Shown in pieces: positions 25,276 through 34,012 of a DNA stretch of 64,000 nt; within the stretch, counting starts at the first letter, position 1, and the number at the start of each line of letters is the position of its first letter. Both the position numbers and the translations under genes were made by a program. This DNA is from a virus (lineage: Duplodnaviria; Caudoviricetes). The notes below the pieces were generated by a model. The model had not been told where the DNA came from and did no database searches. It was given only the letters and a program-made list of their open reading frames with translations. The stretch lies in the IMG/VR virus record IMGVR_UViG_3300017585_000161, positions 18,564 to 82,563 of that record. One strand, written 5' to 3'.

Positions 25276-25789
25276 AAGCAGCGTCTGTCTTCCTGAGGTC
25301 ATAGACAAAGGGGACTGGATTGACCTTTCGGCGCAGTGGGAGACCTCCTTCAAGGCTCCCTACGCCAAGTGCCTGCACAAGAAGAGGAACGCCGAGACTG
25401 AAGCCACTGACCGCTTCAGGGAGGTCTTGTTCGATTACAAGGTGATACCTCTCGGAGTGGCTGTGCAGCTTCCTGACGGCTTCGAGGCTGTCATAGCACC
25501 GAGAAGCTCCCTCTTCAAGAAAACGGGGCTGCTTCAGGCTAACTCCGTAGGGGTCATAGACAACAGCTACAGCGGAGACAATGACGTGTGGGGCTTCCCC
25601 GCCGTGGCCACAAGAGCCATCACTGTTCCTGAAGGCACAAGGATATGCCAGTTCAGGATACAGCTCTCGCAGAAGGCTACCTTCTGGCAGAAGCTCAAGT
25701 GGCTCTTCAGTTCCAAAATCAGGATTGAGCAGGTTTCAAGCCTCGGCAATCCTGACAGGAAAGGGTTTGGCGAGGGCACAGGGAAATAA
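25247..25789 (+). CDS. dut: Trimeric dUTPase
   Basis: DWIDL, APRSS, GVIDNSYSG, RICQF and RKGFGEG motifs. Confidence 0.9.
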   Translation: MTMRIKTLVKSSVCLPEVIDKGDWIDLSAQWETSFKAPYAKCLHKKRNAETEATDRFREVLFDYKVIPLGVAVQLPDGFEAVIAPRSSLFKKTGLLQANSVGVIDNSYSGDNDVWGFPAVATRAITVPEGTRICQFRIQLSQKATFWQKLKWLFSSKIRIEQVSSLGNPDRKGFGEGTGK

Positions 25790-25846
25790 CCCTGCCCTCC
25801 CCTTTCCTACAGCTTAACTGCATTTTAACCTTTAATTATAAGTATA

Positions 25847-26287
25847 ATGATTGACAAACTAAGAAAACTCCTTTTCGGGAGGCCTGAAGCCCTGCCTTTC
25901 AGCCAAAGCATGGATTTGACGGGGCTTCCCATAGTGACCCTGTGCCAGGGGGACAAGCGGTTCAACTTCCTCCTTGACACTGGCTCCAACAACAACATCA
26001 TCCACAGCGCCGTGCTTGACAGCATACAGCACACCATGACCTGCAAGTGCTCTGACGTCTTCGGCATGGAGGGGCAGACCAAGCTGGCGAGGTTCTGTGA
26101 CATAACTCTCTCGTACAAAGGCAACAGCTTTGAGTATGAGTACCTCATCTGTGACATGGAAGGCGCCTTCGGCAAAATCAAGGCGGAGTCGGGGATTACC
26201 CTGCACGGTCTGTTAGGCTCACACTTCTTCCGTGAGTTCAGGTATGTCATAGACTTCAATGAGTGTATAGCCTATTCAAAGAAATGA
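25847..26287 (+). CDS. Retropepsin-like aspartic protease
   Basis: FLLDTGS catalytic motif (Asp codon at 25976) and C-terminal GLLGSHFF. Confidence 0.85.
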   Translation: MIDKLRKLLFGRPEALPFSQSMDLTGLPIVTLCQGDKRFNFLLDTGSNNNIIHSAVLDSIQHTMTCKCSDVFGMEGQTKLARFCDITLSYKGNSFEYEYLICDMEGAFGKIKAESGITLHGLLGSHFFREFRYVIDFNECIAYSKK

Positions 26288-26436
26288 GCATGAACGGTTT
26301 GAAATCAATGTTCCGTTCTGTCTTTCTGCAACTTTCCAAGTTGACGGTCATCCTCTGCGCCGTGGTGGTCGCTACGGCGCTGGTGTCCGCCGCGATAGCC
26401 TTGCTTATGGTAATCCTCTCAATCCTGCTCGCATGA
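26284..26436 (+). CDS. Small membrane protein (50 aa, not in the ORF track)
   Basis: MSMNGLKSMFRSVFLQLSKLTVILCAVVVATALVSAAIALLMVILSILLA*; ATGA overlaps with both the protease and polA. Confidence 0.65.
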   Translation: MSMNGLKSMFRSVFLQLSKLTVILCAVVVATALVSAAIALLMVILSILLA

Positions 26437-28469
26437 TTTACTTAGTGACAAAGAACCGGGAGCTCTTTGAGAATGAGATGTACAAAATCATATCTCCTGA
26501 GGAGAGTCTGTCGTTGCTTGAGCCTTTGAAAGTGGTGGGGCTGGACACTGAGACCAAGGGGCTTGACCCCTACACCAAAGAGCTTCTGTCAATCCAGCTT
26601 GGCAACAGGGACTTCCAGGTCGTGGTTGACTGCACCACCGTAAAGCCGCAGCTGTACAGGGAGTATCTTGAGTCTGGCAGGACTTTCCTCGGATGGAACT
26701 TGAAGTTTGACCTCAAGTTCCTTTACAGGCAGGGCATATATCCCAAAACTGTCTATGACGGTTTTCTCGCTGAGAAGCTGCTGTGGCTCGGCTATCCTGC
26801 TGGTGTGCATTCATTGAGCCTCAAGTCCGCAGGGCAGAACTACCTGGGCATTGAGCTTGACAAGTCTGTCAGGGGCAAAATCATTTACGCCGGCCTGCAG
26901 CCTGATGTCATAGTGTATGCCGCCGAGGATGTGGCTCACCTTGAGGACATCATTCTGTGCCAGTGGAAAGAGCTTCAGCGGAAAGGGCTTCAGAACGCGA
27001 TAAAGGTGGAGAACAAGTTTGTGCTTGCCCTCGCTTATTGCGAGTACTGCGGCATAAAGCTGGACATTGGCAAGTGGGAGGCTAAAATGGCAAAAGACCA
27101 GGAAAGGCAGAACAGCGCTCTTGAGGCCTGCAACAAATGGCTTGTGGAGCATGAGCCTGACTCTCCTTACATCTTCATTGACCGTCAGGGAGACTTGTTC
27201 ACAGGCTTTAACCTTGAGCCGCAAGTGAGGCTCAACTGGAACAGCGCTGCGCAGCTCATACCTCTGTTCAAGAAATACGGCCTTGACCTCAGGGCAAAGG
27301 ACAAAGCCACAGGCAAGCTCAAGGACAGCGTGGACGCCAAGATACTGAAGCCTCAGAAAAGCAAATGCTCTTTAGTTCCGCTGTATCTGAACTACAAGGA
27401 GGCGGTGAAGGTGACGTCAACTTACGGGCAGAACTTTCTTGACCAGATCAATCCGGTATCCCGCAGGATACACACCAATTACCAGCAAATGGGGGCTGAC
27501 ACCACACGCATCACTTCGGGAGGGAAAGACAAGGGCGCCAACACTGAGTATGTCAATCTTCTCAACCTGCCAAAGGATGAGGAGACCAGGGCTTGCTTTG
27601 TGGCGGAGCCTGGCAACAAGTGGATAAGCATCGATTACTCAGGGCAGGAAAGTTTCCTCATGGCTTCCATCGCCAATGACAAGGCCATCATTGAGGAGCT
27701 TACCAACGGCTCTCAGGACTTGCACTCCCTGACAGCTTATATGTCATATCCCCAGATACCGAGAGGTACGCCCCTTAAAGAGGTCAAGGAGAAATACCAT
27801 GACCTCAGGCAGGAGGCGAAAGGGATTGAGTTCGCCATCAATTACGGCGGGGACGCTAACACCATTCATCAGAACAAGGGCATCCCTTTGGAAGAGGCGC
27901 AGAGGATATACAACGCCTACATGGAGGGCTTCTCAGGGCTCAAGGCTTACCAGGCTTTCCGGCGGAAGGATTGGTTTGACAAAGGGTATATACTGCTCAA
28001 TCCTATTACAGGGCACAAGGCTTTCATATATGACTATGACAAGCTCCTGGCCGCTAAGGAGTCCTTCAGGACTGAAGGTTTCTGGGATCATTACAGGGAG
28101 ATGAAGCAGTCAGACCCCTCATGCGACACCGTGCAGAAAGTCAGGCGATTCTTCAAAAGGAAGTCAGAGTCCGAGAGGCAGAGCATCAACTACCCTATTC
28201 AGGCTACAGGGTCAATGTGCCTCAGATATGCCATGATAGAGTTCTTTGAGTATCTGAGGGACAACAACCTCATCGGCAAAGTCCTCATCTGCGTCACTCC
28301 TTATGATGAGATTAACTGTGAGGCTCCCGCTGAAATAGCCGAGGAAATCGCTGAAAAAGTGCACTCCTGCATGATAAACGCAGGCAAGGTGTTCTGCACA
28401 AGATGCAGGCTGGACGCCGATGTGTCCCGCAACAAGGACGGTTCCTTGCCTGACCACTGGGTGCACTGA
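26433..28469 (+). CDS. polA: DNA polymerase family A (3'-5' exonuclease plus polymerase, no 5'-3' exonuclease)
   Basis: ExoI GLDTET, ExoII NLKFD, ExoIII YAAED; motif A SIDYSGQE, motif B RQEAKGIEFAINYG, motif C YDEI. Confidence 0.95.
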   Translation: MIYLVTKNRELFENEMYKIISPEESLSLLEPLKVVGLDTETKGLDPYTKELLSIQLGNRDFQVVVDCTTVKPQLYREYLESGRTFLGWNLKFDLKFLYRQGIYPKTVYDGFLAEKLLWLGYPAGVHSLSLKSAGQNYLGIELDKSVRGKIIYAGLQPDVIVYAAEDVAHLEDIILCQWKELQRKGLQNAIKVENKFVLALAYCEYCGIKLDIGKWEAKMAKDQERQNSALEACNKWLVEHEPDSPYIFIDRQGDLFTGFNLEPQVRLNWNSAAQLIPLFKKYGLDLRAKDKATGKLKDSVDAKILKPQKSKCSLVPLYLNYKEAVKVTSTYGQNFLDQINPVSRRIHTNYQQMGADTTRITSGGKDKGANTEYVNLLNLPKDEETRACFVAEPGNKWISIDYSGQESFLMASIANDKAIIEELTNGSQDLHSLTAYMSYPQIPRGTPLKEVKEKYHDLRQEAKGIEFAINYGGDANTIHQNKGIPLEEAQRIYNAYMEGFSGLKAYQAFRRKDWFDKGYILLNPITGHKAFIYDYDKLLAAKESFRTEGFWDHYREMKQSDPSCDTVQKVRRFFKRKSESERQSINYPIQATGSMCLRYAMIEFFEYLRDNNLIGKVLICVTPYDEINCEAPAEIAEEIAEKVHSCMINAGKVFCTRCRLDADVSRNKDGSLPDHWVH

Positions 28470-28500
28470 CAACTGAAACTAACAATTAAATCAAAAAGAC

Positions 28501-28902
28501 ATGTCAAGCTATTTGAACATTTACCTCAAGGACAAGGACACGAAGAAAGACAGGCTTCTCATTTCCTACAGCAGGAACACTGACCTGTACCAGGCTCTCT
28601 GGGAGAACCTGCACATTGTCCATGCCGATGAGGACAATCAGCTCACGGAGCTGAAAGATGAGGACTTTGATAAAGTCATTGACAAGCTCATGGACTACAA
28701 GCAGAAGACTCTTGTCAGGCTGCATGAGAATGAGAAGTACGCTAAGGACAATCCTGACCTGATTGAGGAGATACTGTCCTCAAAAGAGTTCATCGAGGAG
28801 CTTTGCTCCACCATCGCTGAAGTGAGGATGCTCGCCAGGATACAGTCTTCCTGTGTCATAGGCTGCTCCTCTTTTGACAGCATGTCCGCTAACATTGAAT
28901 AA
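28501..28902 (+). CDS. Hypothetical protein
   Basis: 133-aa ORF. Confidence 0.75.
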   Translation: MSSYLNIYLKDKDTKKDRLLISYSRNTDLYQALWENLHIVHADEDNQLTELKDEDFDKVIDKLMDYKQKTLVRLHENEKYAKDNPDLIEEILSSKEFIEELCSTIAEVRMLARIQSSCVIGCSSFDSMSANIE

Positions 28903-28913
28903 TAAAATCGACT

Positions 28914-29180
28914 ATGGAATTTTTAAGCAACTACAAGCAAAACAGGAAAGCGGCCCTTTGCAAGGCCATCGAACAGGAGGCTGAGGACTCCTACACGCTC
29001 ATGGAGTTCAACAACCAGCTCTACTACGCCTTCAATGGCGTTCCGATGGTGGGAATCGCTCCTGACACCACGGCGAATGAGATTCTGCAGAAGTGGCAGG
29101 GCTTCAAAAGAAGCTACATAGACTACAAGAAGAGCGTGGAGCATTACACTGTTGGCGCTCTTGATAATTTAAACCAGTAA
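28914..29180 (+). CDS. Hypothetical protein
   Basis: 88-aa ORF. Confidence 0.7.
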   Translation: MEFLSNYKQNRKAALCKAIEQEAEDSYTLMEFNNQLYYAFNGVPMVGIAPDTTANEILQKWQGFKRSYIDYKKSVEHYTVGALDNLNQ

Positions 29181-29190
29181 ATCAACTGAA

Positions 29191-29439
29191 ATGGCATACT
29201 TGGACAATAATCTTCCAGCTGGAACGTCAGGGCATCCTGACGCTCCCTGGAACGAGGAGCCTCCTGTAGAGGTTCCTGTGGTACTTAACATAACAGTTAG
29301 TAAGCCGGTCATTCTACTCATGCCTCCAAAAACGGAATACACGCAGGAGGAGCTTTTTGCAGCGGCAAAGGAACAAGTCAGCCTTGACCCTGTTCTCCGC
29401 CATTGGGACATTGATGACTTCGCTGTTGTCGAGGAATAA
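29191..29439 (+). CDS. Hypothetical protein
   Basis: 82 aa; contains DAPWNE. Confidence 0.65.
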   Translation: MAYLDNNLPAGTSGHPDAPWNEEPPVEVPVVLNITVSKPVILLMPPKTEYTQEELFAAAKEQVSLDPVLRHWDIDDFAVVEE

Positions 29440-29463
29440 CTGTAACCGCTAAAACCGAATATT

Positions 29464-29871
29464 ATGCTAATAGAGATAAAAACAAGAATCACACGGAATG
29501 TCAACGGCAAGTCAAGGACTTCCATAGAGCTCTTCCTTGCTGACATGGAGTTCTTTGCGGAAGCTGAGTATGATGTTATGGGCTTCCTTGAGAGCGCGTC
29601 AGATGTTACAGGTTACGACATCATCAGTCTCAGGCACGCTCCTATAAAGGAGTTTCTCAACAGCAAGTCTGATGATGAGGAGCAGTCCTATATAGTCGCT
29701 CTCAAAGCTGTTTATGTCGATGACAAGGGCAACGAGAAAATCATGCGCTACAAGACACTGCTTTGGGCGCACTCCCTCACCGAGGCCAACACAAGGGCAC
29801 AAAATTACTCCCGTGAAGGCTATGACATGAAGATAGAGAGTATCACCGAAAAGGAATACAGACTATGCTAA
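29464..29871 (+). CDS. DUF4494-like protein
   Basis: Two-repeat layout (ELFLAD..FAEAE and KTLLWAHSLTEA) resembling the Bacteroidota DUF4494 family. Confidence 0.6.
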   Translation: MLIEIKTRITRNVNGKSRTSIELFLADMEFFAEAEYDVMGFLESASDVTGYDIISLRHAPIKEFLNSKSDDEEQSYIVALKAVYVDDKGNEKIMRYKTLLWAHSLTEANTRAQNYSREGYDMKIESITEKEYRLC

Positions 29872-29892
29872 GCGCTTAAAGCGGTAGAAGAT

Positions 29893-29960
29893 AAAAGGGC
29901 GTCAGCCATTTTGCAAGTGCCGACGCCCATGAAAGGAGGTTTGCTCCGCATGATTCACCG
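29893..29960 (-). ncRNA. Candidate antisense small RNA with an anti-SD-like core
   Basis: Minus-strand TACCTTTG promoter at 29964..29971, then ...AAACCTCCTTTC..., then hairpin GGGCGTC/GACGCCC followed by TTTT. Confidence 0.5.
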
Positions 29961-30062
29961 CTGCAAAGGTACTGAAAATAAATGATATAACAAGCAAAAC
30001 AACAACTGATTATGAAACAAGAAAACAATTTGACAGATCTTAGGTTTTGCGCCAAGCAAGAA

Positions 30063-30749
30063 ATGACAGACATCTCAAAAATTCTAAAGGATTGTCCTGA
30101 AGGAACAAAGCTCTACTCGCCCATCTGCGGAGAAGTGAAGCTGCGCCAATCGTCAAACGCGGACGGCTACATCGAAGTGACGGACAACTGCAACGATGTG
30201 TGGGAGTTCTATCAAGATGGCAGGTATGACGAGTACGGCGAGTGCCTGCTCTTCCCATCAAAGGAAGTGCGCGACTGGTCTAAATTTGAAGTGCCAAAGA
30301 AAGAGCAGCCCAAGTTCAAATTTGGAGATGTAGTAATAAGTGGCAATGCTGTTTATATGGTTGATGATGATTATCATAATGATTCTGAGCATTATATCAC
30401 TATTTCTTGCGCTAATGCAGGGGCATACCACATTGCAACTCCAGATGTAATAGACGGATGGAATGAAATACGTTTACATCCTAACCACCTGCACTATTCC
30501 ACGAGCAAGCGGAAAATCATACACTGGTTCCTGCCGTTTGACAGGGTGATAGTAAAGGACTTCAAGGATGGCGCTGATTGCATGAGGTCTCCTTATCCTT
30601 GTTGGAAGGCGCAGATATTCTCATACTATAACAAGCATGACAAGGAGTTTCCCTACTGCTGCCTTAACGACAGCTGGGCGGAGATAGTCCCCTACAACGA
30701 AGAGACCGCCAAGCTGATAGGAACGACTGACGATTATGAGGAAGAATGA
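30063..30749 (+). CDS. Bacteroidales-phage hypothetical protein
   Basis: MTDISKILKDCPEGTKLYSPICG...LLFPSKEVRDWSKF; likely ATG at 30063. Confidence 0.75.
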   Translation: MTDISKILKDCPEGTKLYSPICGEVKLRQSSNADGYIEVTDNCNDVWEFYQDGRYDEYGECLLFPSKEVRDWSKFEVPKKEQPKFKFGDVVISGNAVYMVDDDYHNDSEHYITISCANAGAYHIATPDVIDGWNEIRLHPNHLHYSTSKRKIIHWFLPFDRVIVKDFKDGADCMRSPYPCWKAQIFSYYNKHDKEFPYCCLNDSWAEIVPYNEETAKLIGTTDDYEEE

Positions 30750-31120
30750 GTATGACAAAAAACTTTCCGATAGATATATTCAAGCACGGAATAAAAATAT
30801 TTTTTGGCTCTTTTGAAGAACTGAAAGAAGAGCTGAAAGCGGATGGATTTTTAGATGAAATCAAGGAAAGCATGATGGACAATACCACAATGATAACCCT
30901 AAATATGTCAACTGGTGATGCTGTCATATATGGCAAAAAGCCTATAAAAGGGGTGGAAGGGCAGACGGTATTGGCACATGAGATATTCCATGCCGTGAGT
31001 TATCTTTTAAGAAACATAGGCGTAGAGCATTCCATCGAAACAGAGGAAGTCTATGCCTATGTATTTGAAGATGTCCTGTTCAATGCTTTGACTTGGTTAT
31101 CTTCCGAGTTTCACGAATAG
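30746..31120 (+). CDS. Putative zinc metallopeptidase (HExxH)
   Basis: VLAHEIFHAV...EEVYAY. Confidence 0.7.
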   Translation: MSMTKNFPIDIFKHGIKIFFGSFEELKEELKADGFLDEIKESMMDNTTMITLNMSTGDAVIYGKKPIKGVEGQTVLAHEIFHAVSYLLRNIGVEHSIETEEVYAYVFEDVLFNALTWLSSEFHE

Positions 31121-31211
31121 TAGTGCTTGGGTGTCTTTCAGCGTAATCCTTTGTACAGTAAGTGCCTTTATCAGCACGTCTGTACCTTTCCTGAATCGCA
31201 ATTTTTGCCAT
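31080..31211 (-). CDS. Small basic protein (43 aa)
   Basis: MAKIAIQERYRRADKGTYCTKDYAERHPSTTIRETRKITKSKH; internal ATG of ORF 31080..31295 after AGAATT. Confidence 0.6.
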   Translation of the reverse strand: MAKIAIQERYRRADKGTYCTKDYAERHPSTTIRETRKITKSKH

Positions 31212-31311
31212 AATTCTAAAACGTTTTAAATGAGACAATATGTTATATAACAATAAAACTATAACAAAAATCATGCCACAATGAATGGCAAACAAATAAG
31301 GAGGAATAAGA

Positions 31312-31710
31312 ATGAACTATAAAGATTTCACAGACTATCTCCACAGGTTCTCAGCCAACAATTTCAATTTATTTGTTGGGGACAAGCCACTCACGGAAGA
31401 TATGATTGAAGTTAACCTTAAAAATTACAGGTTGACATTCAAGACATTCGCTAACGAGCGGCTACAGCGGATGGAAGAGTTTACGCCAAAGGAAGAAAAA
31501 CTCAAGCAAGCCATTATCGGTGTGTTTGACAACAGTCCTTGCTTCGAGAGAATGGAAGACAAAGAGTTTTATATCAATAAGACTTTTGAATTGTTGTCAA
31601 AGAAACATGACCCTGTTTCTGTAAATGAAAGCACTCAGTTCTTTACTGCTATGTTATACAGTCTCTTCTTCAAGAAAAATTGGGATAACATGGATTCTAA
31701 TAAATCTTAA
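31312..31710 (+). CDS. Hypothetical protein
   Basis: 132-aa ORF. Confidence 0.7.
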   Translation: MNYKDFTDYLHRFSANNFNLFVGDKPLTEDMIEVNLKNYRLTFKTFANERLQRMEEFTPKEEKLKQAIIGVFDNSPCFERMEDKEFYINKTFELLSKKHDPVSVNESTQFFTAMLYSLFFKKNWDNMDSNKS

Positions 31711-31713
31711 AAT

Positions 31714-32565
31714 ATGAATATTATTGAACCAAAAGTAGAATTATGGGAGCAGGGCAATGACCCTGTTTCCCATATTGCCAAATGTGCAAGAGTGTGCTAT
31801 GGCAAGACGGAAGGCAAATCAACAGACCGACAACTGGTTGAGAACCTTCTTAAAGCCAGACACTTTTCCATGTTCAGACATGAGAGCGTGTATTCTATAA
31901 TACCCAACAGTGAAGCGTATGAGTTTAAAGAAGCCCTTAAAGTTTTTGAGCTTGGTTCTCCATACATAGATATAAGGCATGATATGTGGAACACTTATGT
32001 TGTTGCAAACGGCAATTTTAGAATTGACTATGGGAAATCTCAGTTTGGACAACTCATAAAGAAACATCAAACAAGTCCGCAAATTTTTAATAATACTAAT
32101 AACGGGGATCCAGGCCATTCAATGATGCGTTATACTTTCCATATTACTACCCAAATCAGCACTTCTCGTGAGCTTAACAGGGTTTCTCCTAACAATATTG
32201 CTGAGAGAAGCTCACGCTATGTGCGTGAAGATGGTACTATTGTAAGACCTCATTGGATAAGTAAGCAAATAGCTGATGCTTGGAATAAAGACATTCTTAC
32301 TCATAGTACTCCAGAAGCAGCTTATCTTAGCACCTGCGATTATGCTTTCAGGGATTATGAGTTTCTTATTGCGAATGGTATTAAACGTCAAGATGCTCGC
32401 GGTGTTCTTCCTCTTGATACCGCTACTGAAGTAGTCTATACTTACTCCATAGAAGAATGGAAGAAGATTATAGCTCTTCGTAGCGATAAGAAAGCTCATC
32501 CAAACTGTCAGATAATAGCTAATATGATTAAAGAACAATTAAAACAGCTCGGTTATGAATTTTAA
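31714..32565 (+). CDS. thyX: Flavin-dependent thymidylate synthase (divergent)
   Basis: ARVCYG, HFSMF, ITTQISTSRELNRVS...ERSSRYV (variant ThyX motif), QDARGVLP, LR..K.AHP. Confidence 0.8.
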   Translation: MNIIEPKVELWEQGNDPVSHIAKCARVCYGKTEGKSTDRQLVENLLKARHFSMFRHESVYSIIPNSEAYEFKEALKVFELGSPYIDIRHDMWNTYVVANGNFRIDYGKSQFGQLIKKHQTSPQIFNNTNNGDPGHSMMRYTFHITTQISTSRELNRVSPNNIAERSSRYVREDGTIVRPHWISKQIADAWNKDILTHSTPEAAYLSTCDYAFRDYEFLIANGIKRQDARGVLPLDTATEVVYTYSIEEWKKIIALRSDKKAHPNCQIIANMIKEQLKQLGYEF

Positions 32566-32650
32566 TAAGGATAAAATAGATGTGTTTATAGACTTGTCCA
32601 TCCTCATCCTTGCCTACTTTACAGGGTTTGTAACTGGTTTAATTTGGTGA
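32555..32650 (+). CDS. Single-TM microprotein (31 aa)
   Basis: Manual translation MNFNKDKIDVFIDLSILILAYFTGFVTGLIW*. Confidence 0.5.
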   Translation: MNFNKDKIDVFIDLSILILAYFTGFVTGLIW

Positions 32651-32653
32651 TAT

Positions 32654-32833
32654 ATGTGCAGTCTGTGCGAAAAACTTACTCATGGTTATAATAATAAGCA
32701 TGATAGCAAAAAAGAACTGTATGCTCCAACCTGGATGTTGAGCATATAGTTCTATAACGCTGAAGACATGAAACACTGTCTTCAGTATTGTCCGTTCTGT
32801 GGACGAAAGCTAAATGACGGTTTACATTATTAA
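32654..32833 (+). pseudogene. Zinc-ribbon protein interrupted by an in-frame TAG
   Basis: MCSLC...WMLSI*FYNAEDMKHCLQYCPFCGRKLNDGLHY*; TAG at 32747. Confidence 0.6.
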
Positions 32834-32842
32834 AACAATATT

Positions 32843-33172
32843 ATGAATGATAATGCAATTCAATTTCTGAAGGAACAAGGTGTTGATTTTATCACATCAG
32901 AAGTGTTGGATTTCTTTGAGCAGTGCGTAAAAGCTGTCTGTCTCTATGCTAAGAAGAACCATGATTACGGTAATAGCTTTGCTAAAGGCTGTGATGAAAT
33001 CGGTCTTCCTTATGCAGTGGGGCGTCTTTATGACAAGATGAACAGGCTTGTCAATCTCGTTAAGAACAAGCCTGCGATAGCTGATGAGAAGATTGAAGAC
33101 ACCGTTACGGACTTGGGCTGCTACGCCTTTATGCTTGACGCTTACCTGCATAACCACTCAAACATTAATTAA
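32843..33172 (+). CDS. DUF1599 / nucleotide-modification-associated domain protein
   Basis: KKNHDYGNSF...RLYDKMNRL...IEDTVTDLGCYA. Confidence 0.8.
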   Translation: MNDNAIQFLKEQGVDFITSEVLDFFEQCVKAVCLYAKKNHDYGNSFAKGCDEIGLPYAVGRLYDKMNRLVNLVKNKPAIADEKIEDTVTDLGCYAFMLDAYLHNHSNIN

Positions 33173-33177
33173 TAACT

Positions 33178-33501
33178 ATGGAATACAATACTAACTATTA
33201 TGTGGCAACGCATTGGCTACATAATAACTATATCCTCTGTAATGACATAGTGGAGAAAGACCCTGATTTCAATTATCCGGAACTGGAAGAAAATGAGGAA
33301 ATCTACCAGTATTTTCTTACTGACGCTTCCAAAGAGGATGTTGAATACCTGCAAGAGCATTTCGGTCTTGCATTTGGTTACTCTGAAATGCTTGATCTGT
33401 ATGTTCTATGTGTTACTCATTTTGGCACTTCTTGGGATTATGTCTATTGGACTACAGACCTTGAATATGCCAAAGCCAAGTTAGGAGAAACGAAACATTA
33501 A
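33178..33501 (+). CDS. Conserved phage hypothetical protein
   Basis: 107 aa; EIYQYFLT...VTHFGTSWDYV. Confidence 0.75.
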   Translation: MEYNTNYYVATHWLHNNYILCNDIVEKDPDFNYPELEENEEIYQYFLTDASKEDVEYLQEHFGLAFGYSEMLDLYVLCVTHFGTSWDYVYWTTDLEYAKAKLGETKH

Positions 33502-33504
33502 CAA

Positions 33505-34011
33505 ATGGGAACTAATTATTATTTAAGAAGACATATTCCCCTGCCTGCAATGAAAAGGCTGAAGTCTTTGGTTACAGAAGAGAACATCTATAATGGCAGT
33601 CTCCAAGAAGCTCTTGATGAGTTTAAGGAAATTCATATAGGCAAGTCCTCTGTAGGCTGGCAGTTCCTCTTCAACCATAACAACTGGAAGTATTATCAGC
33701 CGACGCAGGAGTCTATAAACGATTTCCTGCAAAGGGAAATTCTTGCTGGAGGCGCTTTCATTGATGAGTACGGAGAAAAGGTTTCCCTCAAGGACTTCTG
33801 GGACATGGTGGAAAGTGAGAAAGACGGTTGGGACTTGAAATCCTATTCACAGTATAAACTAAAGCGTTGGAATGACTATCTTGAACATCCTGAAAAGTAT
33901 AAAGTTAAGTACTTTAAGCCCTCACATCCTGTGGATTACAGCAGCCATGTTGAAACTTTCAGCAAGGACAAGTGGCATTTAAGGTTTAGTGACTCAACAG
34001 AATTTAGCTGA
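33505..34011 (+). CDS. Conserved phage hypothetical protein
   Basis: MGTNYY...HIGKSSVGWQFLF. Confidence 0.75.
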   Translation: MGTNYYLRRHIPLPAMKRLKSLVTEENIYNGSLQEALDEFKEIHIGKSSVGWQFLFNHNNWKYYQPTQESINDFLQREILAGGAFIDEYGEKVSLKDFWDMVESEKDGWDLKSYSQYKLKRWNDYLEHPEKYKVKYFKPSHPVDYSSHVETFSKDKWHLRFSDSTEFS

Positions 34012-34012
34012 C

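Noticed and set aside
10472-29802. Many long antisense or alternate-frame ORFs in the GC-rich module (for example 23736..24914 minus, 392 aa; 19952..20677 minus)
   Set aside because: They overlap genes with clear catalytic motifs and are expected shadows of GC3-rich coding. They have no leaders or motifs of their own.
30012-30062. ORF-track 5' extensions (also 13985, 19130, 22544, 33989, 35327)
   Set aside because: They overlap promoters or upstream genes. Downstream ATGs have the typical A-rich leaders.
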